Of a stretch of 20,000 bases of DNA, positions 1 to 8,802 are shown one piece after another (the stretch's first letter is position 1; every line of letters starts with the position of its first letter). Where the stretch lies: NCBI RefSeq assembly GCF_004010195.1, contig NC_057718.1, positions 76,685,829 through 76,705,828 of the forward strand, given 5' to 3'. A model generated the notes under the pieces. It saw nothing but the letters and a program-made list of their open reading frames with translations. It was not told where the DNA came from and ran no database searches. The position numbers and the translations under genes were made by a program. This DNA is from Chiloscyllium plagiosum (Eukaryota).

Positions 1-279
1 AAAATTGCCTATAATGTTCAGGGATGTGTGGGTTAGGTGCATTAGTTAGGAGTAAGTGTAGGGGAATGGGTCTGGGTGGGTTCCTCTTCAGAGGGTCGGT
101 GTGGACTTGTTGGGCCAAATGGGCAAAAGTGAGGACTGCAGATGCTGGAAACCAGAGTTTAGATCAGCGTGGTGCTGGAAAACCACAGCAGTTCAGGCAG
201 CATCCTGCTCCTCGGATGCTGCCTGACCTGCTGCCAAATGGCCTATTTACAATCTGTAGGGATTCTATGATTCTATGAT
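1..279 (+). mobile_element. 3' half of an HE1-type SINE with CR1/HER1-derived tail, interrupted by an insertion at 123-232
   Basis: GGGTCGGTGTGGACTTGTTGGGCCAAATGG...CCTATTTACAATCTGTAGGGATTCTATGATTCTATGAT, ending in a (GATTCTAT)n-type tail. Family recognised from memory. Confidence 0.7.
123..232. mobile_element. Short Penelope-like terminal-repeat insertion with internal fold-back and 9-bp TSD
   Basis: GCCAAATGG repeated at 114-122 and 233-241. The insert is the reverse-complement homolog of about 5290-5368 (AAAGTGAGGACTGCAGATGCTGG...). 186-205 pairs with 214-233 at 19/20. Confidence 0.8.
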
Positions 280-456
280 AAAGGCAAGCATACTAAACAC
301 CTCTTCACTATCCTAACTACCTGTGACTCCACTTTTAACGAACTATGAACCTGCACTCCAAGGTCTCTTTGTTAAGCAACAGTCCCCAGGACCTTACCAT
401 TAAGTGTGTTAAGTCCTGCCCTGATTTGCCTTTCCAAAATGCAGCACTTCACATTT
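280..456 (-). mobile_element. CR1-clade LINE RT fragment
   Basis: AAGGCAAGCATACTAAAC and CCAAAATGCA blocks are shared with the CR1 copy at about 5520-5680. Confidence 0.7.
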
Positions 457-837
457 GTAGGGGAATACTGACCAAGTTAGAGACCTGGATGAACAATTAC
501 CTGCCGTGACTCTCGGGTCAGAGATTTTCACAGTCTGGTTTCTCACCAATGTCTGATGAAATAAAAATTGCATAGAAATGAGGCAAGATTGGGTAATAAT
601 AAGACGTTAATGCATGCAAATAACCCTCTCACCACTTACCAGCAAGATTCCCACAGAAAATCAAACTCTTTATTTTTCAGTATGAGAATCTAATTTCTCT
701 GATCTCATTTAATTTCCCAACTGATTTGCCATTACCATTGTCATTCAGGGCTGGGAAGATTCCACCCCAGAAAACAGCTGTTAGTCTATTTTGCAATTGG
801 ACCTGGTACTATTCATTTGGCCAGTTTATGTGACAAA

Positions 838-853
838 TGTGCCATCTAGTGGA
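838..853 (-). promoter_or_regulatory. CTCF-type core motif
   Basis: Minus strand TCCACTAGATGGCACA fits the CTCF consensus CCASYAGRKGGCRS. Motif match only. Confidence 0.5.
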
Positions 854-1599
854 TTTTGAAAACAAAGCACGCTCAGTGATAACAGATTGGGTAAGTGACT
901 TGTTGCCATGTGAAGGACATTGAAAATGCAATTCCATATTGAGTTAACAAGGTGAATAAAAATGCCCCATGCTACACATCTCTACACAGGAAACACAATT
1001 GTTTTCTAGCCAATCTAATGGTTCCATTGCAACAAAAAAAGTTACTGCACCAACTTTGACTGTTCTATGACCTGTGGACTAGGGTCTGACCAACTGTTAA
1101 CTATTTATCCAATGGGACCTGTGGTTTGTTGTTGAACCTGATTCTAGCCCCATTAGTTTAAATTGCGCCACTGTTGCACGATTTTCATGTAATGCGAGAT
1201 CACATGAGAACAGAACTATCACTTTATATCAAAACTGACTGTATAAATGCTTTTCTTCAAATTAGTGTTATTTCCATTCTCATTTTCAACAATTTATATA
1301 AAGTTGCTCAGAAAAAAGATCTGTGTTGGCTAACCTTTTCATTCTGCACTCAAAAAGGGAGCAACAATTTATAGTGCATGAGAAAATGGTACTGTTTGGT
1401 TAGCAAGTCGAATCTGGTCAGTGTATTATTCATGGAGAATGCACCCAGGAACAATTGCCGCCAACCACCAACCACATTTTGTTTAAGGTGCAATGCCTAG
1501 ACAATTTTTTTTCTTGCTTTTAGAGGATAGATCACTGTGTTTGAAATATGTAGCTTTTGGCATGCATACATGAGTTACATTTCAACCTCAATTCAATCT

Positions 1600-2996
1600 T
1601 GATTTCACGGATCAAGAGCTACAGTGGATATAATTTACTCAGCAAGTCAAGTTCAAGAAAAGTGTACAGAACAGCTACAACCTTTTAATTTGATCTTATT
1701 TGACCTCACAAAAGCCTTTGACTCTGTCAACAGGATTGGATTATGGAATGTGCTCCTTAAAATTTGGCTGCCTGTTCTTCATTGTCCTTCATTATCTCTC
1801 AACTATTGCATGATGGCATGTAAGCCATGAATCTCCGTAATCGATCCACTTCAGGCCCAAACGTATGCAAATTAAGATCAAGCCATGGTGTGTCATCTCC
1901 AGTCTTCTCCATCTTCCTTGTCACAATACCCCATCCATTTCCTTGAAGCTTCCTTCTGGTGGGGAGATAATCGATAGGAAAAGCAGGAAACTGGTGGACC
2001 TCCGTCACATCCAATTCAGAATCATGACTATCCTAAACTCTGATATTGTGCTACAATCTGTAAACTATACTTGTGCATATGTACACTCAGAGGTCAACTC
2101 CAGATTTTCAATGATACATTCACAGAGGCACATGAGACAATGGGCTTAAAATTAAATATCCATAAGACCAAGGTCATCTACCAAACTGCTTCAGCAGCAA
2201 AGCATTGCCCTCAACAATCAAGATCCAAGGTGGGCCACCAGACAATGTGGATCAATTCCCACATCTTGGAATGTCCACCTATTGAGTGCAGATTCTATTG
2301 TGCCAACATTGTCTTTGATCTTCTGAAGATCAGAGTGTTTAATGATAAAGACCTCAAATCAGATCTGAAATCAGTGTTTAGAGGGTAACAGTGTTAACAG
2401 TGGTTTTGGATGCACCAGAGACATGGATAATAATAGAAGACACCTCGAATCTCCTGAGAAATATCACTAACAACATCGCTGCAAAATGCTGGAAATGCAC
2501 TGTTAGAGTAGATGTATCAATATCAGTGTCCACGCTCAGGCCAACATTCCTAGAATTGAGGCACAGGTCACTATAAATCAATTTATTTGGGTGGGTCATG
2601 CTGTCCACTTGCCTAACACAACCTCCAAATAATGTTTTCTACTTCAGATTTCGTCATGACAATTGGTTACTAGGGGTAATTTCTTCATGGATGTCCTCAA
2701 AGCTTCCTGGAAAAAAAAATAATATTCTCACTGACACATGGGATTATTTAACCCATTATTTAACTTGCAGAAGAAGCATCTGTGAAAGAGCCCACAATTT
2801 CAAGTATCTCCACCAGGCACAGGGAGGCCAAGCGCAAACAGTGGAAGGAGCATGTGAAAACGTGAGCATCCCACCCACCCACTTCAACAGACACTACATG
2901 CCCCATCTGTGGCAGGCTTTCTGAATCCATAAATGATCTTAGGACCCACAACCCTCCACTGGAACAATATCTTTCTTGATCCCAAGGGACTGCCAA
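1600..2996 (+). mobile_element. Degraded, 5'-truncated RTE-clade LINE (RT domain to 3' end)
   Basis: DIIYSASQVQEKCTEQLQPFNLILFDLTKAFDSVNRIGLWNVLLK resembles the RTE motif DMIFTARQLQEKCREQ...FIDLTKAFDTV; also MGLKLNIHKTKVIYQ. Many frameshifts. Confidence 0.85.
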
Positions 2997-3138
2997 AGAA
3001 ATTGTTCATGAAAAATACCACTCATGTTGCCACTGAATGGTAGGAGTGCAAAATAGCTAACTTCATCTGATGATTAAATGTTTTGAAATACCTTAGGCTT
3101 TTGGATGTAGGTTTGCTTGCTGAGCTGGAAGGTTGATT

Positions 3139-3178
3139 CCAGACGTTTCGTTACCCTACTAGGTAACATCTTCAGTAG
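3139..3178 (-). ncRNA. Minimal type I hammerhead ribozyme motif in PLE terminal repeat (intact core)
   Basis: Minus strand CUA-CUGAAGA-U-GUUACC-UAGUAG-GGUAAC-GAAAC-GUC-UGG: CUGANGA and GAAA boxes, 6-bp stem II, GUC triplet, CUA/UGG stem I. Confidence 0.8.
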
Positions 3179-4301
3179 GCCTCAGGCAAAGCAATGCTGA
3201 AAATTCCTTCTTTCTATCTATATGTTTGGGTCGGTGATGTCATTTCCTATGGTGATGTTATTTCCCTTCGTGAAGTCACTTCCTCTTCCTTTTCTCAGGG
3301 GGTGGGTAATGGGGTCTAACTCGATGTATTTGTTGATAGAGTTCCGGTTGGAATGCCATGCTTCTAGTAATTCTTGTGTGTGTCTTTGTTTGACTTGTCC
3401 TAGGATGGATGTGTTGACCTTCCTCATTCGTATGTGAGGATACTAGTGGGAGAGGGTCATGTCTTTTTGTGGCTAGTTGGTGTTCATATACAGTGGTGGC
3501 TAGTCTTCTGCCTGTTTGTCCAGTGTAGTGTTTGTTACAGTCCTTGCATGATATTTTGTAAATGACGTTGGTTTTGCTCATTGTCTGTATAGGGTCTTTC
3601 AAGTTCATTAGCTGCTGTTTTAGTGTGTTGGTGGTTTGTAGGCTACCATGATGCCAAGGGGTCTGAGTAGCCTGGCAGTCATTTCCAAGATGATTTTGAT
3701 GTAGGGGAGAACAGCCAATGGGGAACTTCAAACCAGCGTCTACAGGAAAACAACACATACAGACCAAATATTGAAGTACAGAAGCAATCATCCCAACACC
3801 CACAAACGAAGCTGGACATTATTTCAATGAGCCAACACACACTGCAGCACAGAGGAACTATGCAGAGCAGAGGAAAATCACCTACACCGTGTATTAAAAA
3901 AATGGCTACCCAATGAACACAGTCCGCCGATTTCTCAGCAACAAACCCAAACAAGCAGACAAAACATATCTAGAAACCCTAGCCACTCTCCCCTACAACT
4001 AGCCACAAAAAGACAAGACACTCTCCCACTAGTATCCTCACATACGGATGAGGAAGGACACCACTTCGACTGGGACAAACATCCAGCCTAGACAAGTCAA
4101 ACAAAGACATGCATGAGAATTCCGAGAAGCATGGCATTCCAACCGGAACACTATCAACAAACACATCGAGTTAAACCCCATTTACCACCCTCCTGAGAAA
4201 AGGAACAGTAAGTGACTTTACCACAGGAAATTACATCACCACAGGAAATGACATCACTAACCCAAACCTATAAATAGAAAGCAGGATTTTTCACCTGAGT
4301 C

Positions 4302-4341
4302 CCACTGAAGATGTTATCTAGTAGGGTAACGAAATGTCTGG
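4302..4341 (+). ncRNA. Minimal hammerhead ribozyme motif, second copy (two C>T changes)
   Basis: CCA-CTGAAGA-T-GTTATC-TAGTAG-GGTAAC-GAAAT-GTC-TGG. GAAAC>GAAAT destroys the ACGT palindrome; stem II gains a U.G wobble. Confidence 0.65.
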
Positions 4342-5052
4342 AAATGAACCTTCCAGCTCAGCAAGCAAACCTACATCCAAAACCTCAACCTGAGCTACAA
4401 ATCTTCTCAAAGCTTATTAGTACCTTAGGCTTTCAGGGTGATATTAGGTAGTTTGGGCATTTTCAGATGTGAAAGTGGCAGTCTTATGTTTGTTGATGAG
4501 TTTACATGAAACAAGTAAGCAATGTTCTATTCTAGATAGCCAATATTCCACAGAATATATTTGATGTAGCCTAATTCAATGTCTAGCTTAAATGGTGAGC
4601 AAATGGCTGCGGCCTCTTTATGAGGGTGCTAAATGGCTAGTCTTGCAGTACTTGAAGGACACTGGGAGACAATCTTTCCACATCAAACTTGTCAAGTCCT
4701 CTAAGAATATTGAGCACTCCATTCTAAAGAAGGGTCACTGGATTTAGAGTTATAGAGTCACAGTCCAACCAGTCCATGCCGACCGTAATTCCAAACTAAA
4801 TTAGATCCCTCATTTCTTTTTAAATCTTTCTTCACTCACCTTAAAAATATGCGCCTTAGTCTTGAAATCCCCCATCATGGGGAAAAGAGACCTGCCATTC
4901 ACCTTATCTATACAGTTCATGATTTCAAAAACCTCTATAACATCACCCCTCAACCTACTACTCTCCAGTGAAAAATGTCCCAGTCGATCCAGCCTCTCCT
5001 TATAACTCAAACCTTTCATTCTCAGCAACAAGCAGCATCAAAGGAGAAGGAG

Positions 5053-5088
5053 AATCGACGTTTCAGGCATAAGCCCTTCTTCAGGAAT
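5053..5088 (-). ncRNA. Minimal hammerhead ribozyme motif (second PLE family)
   Basis: Minus strand AUUC-CUGAAGA-A-GGGC-UUAU-GCCU-GAAAC-GUC-GAUU; stem I is weak. Confidence 0.65.
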
Positions 5089-5241
5089 GAGGAGGGTGTG
5101 CCAAGCAGGCTAAGATAAAAAGTAGGGAGGAGGGACTTGGGGGAGGGGCGTTGGGAATGCAATAGGTGGAAGGAGGTTAAGGTGAGGGTGATAGTCCCTC
5201 CTCCCTACCTTTTATCTTAGCCTGCTTGGCACACCATCCTC

Positions 5242-5277
5242 ATTCCTGAAGAAGGGCTTATGCCCGAAACGTTGATT
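5242..5277 (+). ncRNA. Minimal hammerhead ribozyme motif (inverted partner)
   Basis: ATTC-CTGAAGA-A-GGGC-TTAT-GCCC-GAAAC-GTT-GATT; perfect 4-bp stem II, GUU triplet. Confidence 0.62.
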
Positions 5278-6177
5278 CTCCTTCTCCTTTGATGCTGCCT
5301 GACCTGCTGCGCTTTACCAGCGACACATTTTTAAGCTCTGATCCCCAGCATCTGCAGTCCTCACTTTCTCCTATTCTCAGCAACATCCTAGTAAATCTCT
5401 TCTGAACTCTCTCCAGCTTAATAATATCTTTCCTATAGCAGGGTAACCTGAACTCCAGAAGAGGCCACAGGACAACCTCAATATGACTTCCCAACTCTTA
5501 TACTCAAAAGTCTGAGCAATGAAGGCAAGCATACTAAACGCTTCTAAATCACATGTGATATAAACTTTAAAAAATTTGTGTACCTGAACCGCTAGGTTTC
5601 TCTGTTCTACAACACTACCCAAAACCCTACTTCTAATTGTACAAGTACTACGCTTGTTTGTTTTACCAAAATGCAATATCTTGCGTTGATCCAAATTAAA
5701 TTCAATCCGCCAGTCCTCAGCCTTTTGAGCTAATCGATCAAGATCTCTTTGTAATCTTAGATAACCTTCTTCACTGTCCACCATACCACCAGTTTTGGTG
5801 TCATTTGCAAACTTACTAACAATGCTTCTATATTGTCATCTAAATCATTTATATAAATGACAAACAAATGTGCACCCTGTGTAACACTGCTAGTAACAAG
5901 CTTCCTGTTCAAAAGACAACTCTCCACCACCACTGTTTCCTGCCATCGAGCCAATTTTGTATCCAATTGGCAAGCTCATCCTGAATCCTTTGTAAACTAA
6001 TTAGTCCACCATTTGGAACCTTGTCAAAGTAAACAATGTCTACAGCTCTGCTCAAGAAATTCAATCAAGTTTGTGAGATATGACTTCCCTTGCACAAAAC
6101 CATGCTAACAATGCCTAATCATTCCTTGCCTCTCCAAAATGTATAAAATTCTGTCTTTCAGGATCATCTCCAAAAAT

Positions 6178-6535
6178 CCTGAGGTTAAAGGGTGACCTTA
6201 TCGAGTGTTTTACAATCATTATGGATATAGATAAGGTGAATGGCAGGTGTCTTTTCCCTATGGTGGGCAATTTCAAGACTGAAGAGAAAGATTTAAAAAG
6301 GACGAGGGGCAACTTTTTTACACAGAGGTTGGTTCGTGTACGGAATGAACTTCCAGAGGAAGTGGTGAGTGTAGGTACAGTTACAATGTTTAAAAGACAT
6401 TTGGATAAGTACACGAATAAGAAACGTTTGGCAGGATATGGGCCTAGTACAGGTAGTTGGGACTAGTTTATTTTGAGATTACGGTCGGCATGGACTGGTT
6501 GGACCGAACGACTGTTTCCATGCTATGTGACACTA
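6178..6535 (+). mobile_element. 5'-truncated CR1 3' end nested in opposite orientation inside the minus-strand CR1
   Basis: LKGDLIECFTIIMDIDKVNGRCLFPMVGNFKT...RGNFFTQRLVRVRNELPEEVV...FKRHLDKY followed by the GGTCGGCATGGACTGGTTGGAC tail; same family as 4748-4960. Confidence 0.88.
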
Positions 6536-6955
6536 CAACTTACCCACCACCAAAGTCAGACTCACAGGTCTATAGTTTCCAGGTTTGTCCTTATATCCCT
6601 TTTTAAACAAAGCACAACATTAGCCATTCTCCAATTATCCGACACCTCACCCGTAGTTATAGATGATACAAATATTTCTGAAAGGGGTCCCACAATTTCC
6701 TCCCTGTCTTCCCCAATGTCCTGGGATACACTAGACCTGGAGATTTATCCACCTTTATATTTCTTAAGACCTCTTGCATATCCTCTTCTGTAATGTGAAT
6801 TGTTTTCAAAACATCAATGTGTATTTTTCTGCATTCACTAGCCCCCATTTCTTTCTCCACACTAAAAACTGACGTGTAATATTCATTTAATATCTCTCCC
6901 ATCTCATGAGGTTCAACACCAAGATAACCACTTTGATCTTTAAGGGGTCTACTCA
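6536..6955 (-). mobile_element. CR1 LINE ORF2 upstream fragment (linker and start of RT)
   Basis: PLKDQSGYLGVEPHEMGEILNEYYTSVFSVEK...EVLRNIKVDKSPG and ATTGGAGAATGGCTAATGTTGTG (WRMANVV) on the minus strand. Confidence 0.85.
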
Positions 6956-7058
6956 CTCTCTGTTTTCTCTCCACAGATGCTGCCAGACCTGCTGAGCTTA
7001 TTCAGCATTTTCTGTTATACTTGTTTCAAATCTCAGCATCTGCAGTTCTTTGTTTTAC
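6956..7058 (+). mobile_element. Old Penelope-like terminal-repeat fragment
   Basis: CAGATGCTGCCAGACCTGCTGAG...CAGCATCTGCAGTTC, homologous to about 5290-5360. Confidence 0.6.
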
Positions 7059-7084
7059 TTAAGTGTGAGAACAGAACACTTGGA

Positions 7085-7930
7085 AAGCATTAACAGGACA
7101 ATACAAAGCCAACATGTGTTTATCAAAGACAAATCATGCTTCATAAATCTAGTGAAGCTTTTTTTTAGAATGTAACTAATAGAATGGAATGGTGTATTTG
7201 TATTTTCAGAAGAGGTTACTGGGAAAAATTAAAGCACACTGGATTAGGCATAATATATTGGCACAGACTGAGAATTCGTTTACAGACAGGGAACAGAGAG
7301 TGGAAATAAATGAGCCTTTTTCCAGTGATTAGTGGTACCATAAGATCAATGTTTTGGCCTCAGCCATTCATGATATCTATAAATATCCGAATGAAGGAAT
7401 CAAATTCAACGTTTTGAAATTTGCTTATGGTATAAAACTAGGTGGGATTGTGAGGAACATATAAGGAGGTGGTAAGGTGATTTAGATAAATTGAGTAAGT
7501 GGGCAAACACCGTGGCAAATGCAGTACAATATGGCGAAATGTGAAGTTATACACTTTGGTGTGAAAAACAAAAAGGAAGTGTTTTATTTAAATGGTGATA
7601 TGTTTGTATGAAGGGTTCTGGATGTTGTTGTACACCAATCAATGAAGGTAAATAGGCAAGTGCAGCAAGCAATTAGGAAGGTAATATTGGCCTTCTTTGC
7701 AAGTGATTTTGAGTTCAGAAGTAGATTTGTCTTTATTCAGTTATACAGGTAACCGTACCTGAAGCATTCCAAGCAGTTTTGGTCTCCCTAGCCAACAAAG
7801 AATATACTTGTCACAGAAGGAATGCAGCAGAGGTTCACTAGGCTGCTACCAAGGACGGCAGGACTGGCCTGTGAAGAGAGATTGGTTCTACTGTCCCTAT
7901 ATTCACTAGAGTTTAGAAGAACAAAGGGCA
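7085..7930 (+). mobile_element. Degraded CR1-clade LINE RT region
   Basis: GDLDKLSKWANT, MQYNMAKCEVIHFG, QVQQAIRK, MQQRFTRLLPRTAGLACEERL, LYSLEFRR; homologous to 10904-11456. Confidence 0.85.
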
Positions 7931-8136
7931 ACTCTTTTTACACAGAGTTGGTTCGTGTATAGAATGAACTTCCAGAGGAAGTGGTGAGTGTGGGTACAGT
8001 TACAATATTACTTACATAAATGATTTGGATGCGAGCATAAGAGGTACAGTTAGTAAGTTTGCAGATGACACCAAAATTGGAGGTATTGTTGATAGCGAAG
8101 AGGGTTACAACAGGATCTGGACCAAATGGGCCAATG
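7931..8136 (+). mobile_element. Two juxtaposed CR1 fragments at the contig end
   Basis: About 7936-8007 is near-identical to 6315-6387. 8013-8136 reads YINDLDASIRGTVSKFADDTK (intact RT catalytic motif). Confidence 0.8.
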
Positions 8137-8636
8137 NNNNNNNNNNNNNNNNNNNNNNNNNNNNNNNNNNNNNNNNNNNNNNNNNNNNNNNNNNNNNNNN
8201 NNNNNNNNNNNNNNNNNNNNNNNNNNNNNNNNNNNNNNNNNNNNNNNNNNNNNNNNNNNNNNNNNNNNNNNNNNNNNNNNNNNNNNNNNNNNNNNNNNNN
8301 NNNNNNNNNNNNNNNNNNNNNNNNNNNNNNNNNNNNNNNNNNNNNNNNNNNNNNNNNNNNNNNNNNNNNNNNNNNNNNNNNNNNNNNNNNNNNNNNNNNN
8401 NNNNNNNNNNNNNNNNNNNNNNNNNNNNNNNNNNNNNNNNNNNNNNNNNNNNNNNNNNNNNNNNNNNNNNNNNNNNNNNNNNNNNNNNNNNNNNNNNNNN
8501 NNNNNNNNNNNNNNNNNNNNNNNNNNNNNNNNNNNNNNNNNNNNNNNNNNNNNNNNNNNNNNNNNNNNNNNNNNNNNNNNNNNNNNNNNNNNNNNNNNNN
8601 NNNNNNNNNNNNNNNNNNNNNNNNNNNNNNNNNNNN
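8137..8636. other. Assembly gap, exactly 500 N
   Basis: Run of N from 8137 to 8636; the round number suggests a placeholder of unknown true size. Confidence 0.99.
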
Positions 8637-8789
8637 TGTGAATGTTACCACGGACCGTTTCCGTCTGAATGGGACAGACGGTGTGATCCAGGAGAACTAC
8701 CTGCAGGGGAAGTTTGGGAATATGATGACCTTGTGTGCCATGCTGCCACTGCTGGTCTTCAGCTGCATCAACTCCATCCTCCTTCCACG
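8637..8789 (+). CDS. SLC29A1: ENT1-like equilibrative nucleoside transporter, internal exon (end of extracellular loop 1 and TM2); 5' part lost in the N gap
   Basis: Reads VNVTTDRFRLNGTDGVIQENYLQGKFGNMMTLCAMLPLLVFSCINSILLP(R), resembling human ENT1 FNNVMTLCAMLPLLLFTYLNSFLHQR (recalled). Donor CG|GTACGC at 8790, phase 2, splitting the Arg codon as in human ENT1. Confidence 0.93.
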
Positions 8790-8802
8790 GTACGCTGCGC
8801 TG

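Larger units (their letters stand above)
3102..4420. mobile_element. Penelope-like element insertion, truncated and internally inverted (GIY-YIG endonuclease on -, RT thumb on +), 13-bp TSD
   Basis: Minus strand TNVIYKISCKDCNKHYTGQTGRRLATTVYEHQLATKRHD (GIY-YIG). Plus strand NGELQTSVYRKTTHTDQILKYRSNHP (PLE RT thumb). TACCTTAGGCTTT duplicated at 3089-3101 and 4421-4433. About 3102-3478 and 3997-4380 are inverted copies. Confidence 0.92.
5031..5372. mobile_element. Non-coding Penelope-like insertion with inverted terminal segment and 13-bp TSD
   Basis: ATTCTCAGCAACA duplicated at 5018-5030 and 5373-5385; removing the insert restores the LINE frame. 5032-5137 is the reverse complement of 5193-5297. 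Confidence 0.88.
4748..6177 (-). mobile_element. CR1-clade (HER1-type) LINE, RT C-terminal half plus 3' UTR, interrupted at 5031-5372
   Basis: Minus-strand peptides LFVIYINDLDDNI, (KF)ANDTKTGGMVDSEEGYLRLQRDLD, LPCYRKDIIKLERVQKRFTRMLLR|MKGLSYKERLDRLG. The GGTCGGCATGGACTGGTTGGAC tail motif lies at about 4767-4788. Confidence 0.92.

Noticed and set aside
514..769. Possible MITE with degenerate terminal inverted repeats
   Set aside because: The ends match too poorly and no TSD could be identified by eye.
3276..3803. Functional or domesticated GIY-YIG nuclease gene
   Set aside because: The ORF is chimeric across the inversion junction and frameshifted; it is a dead PLE fragment.
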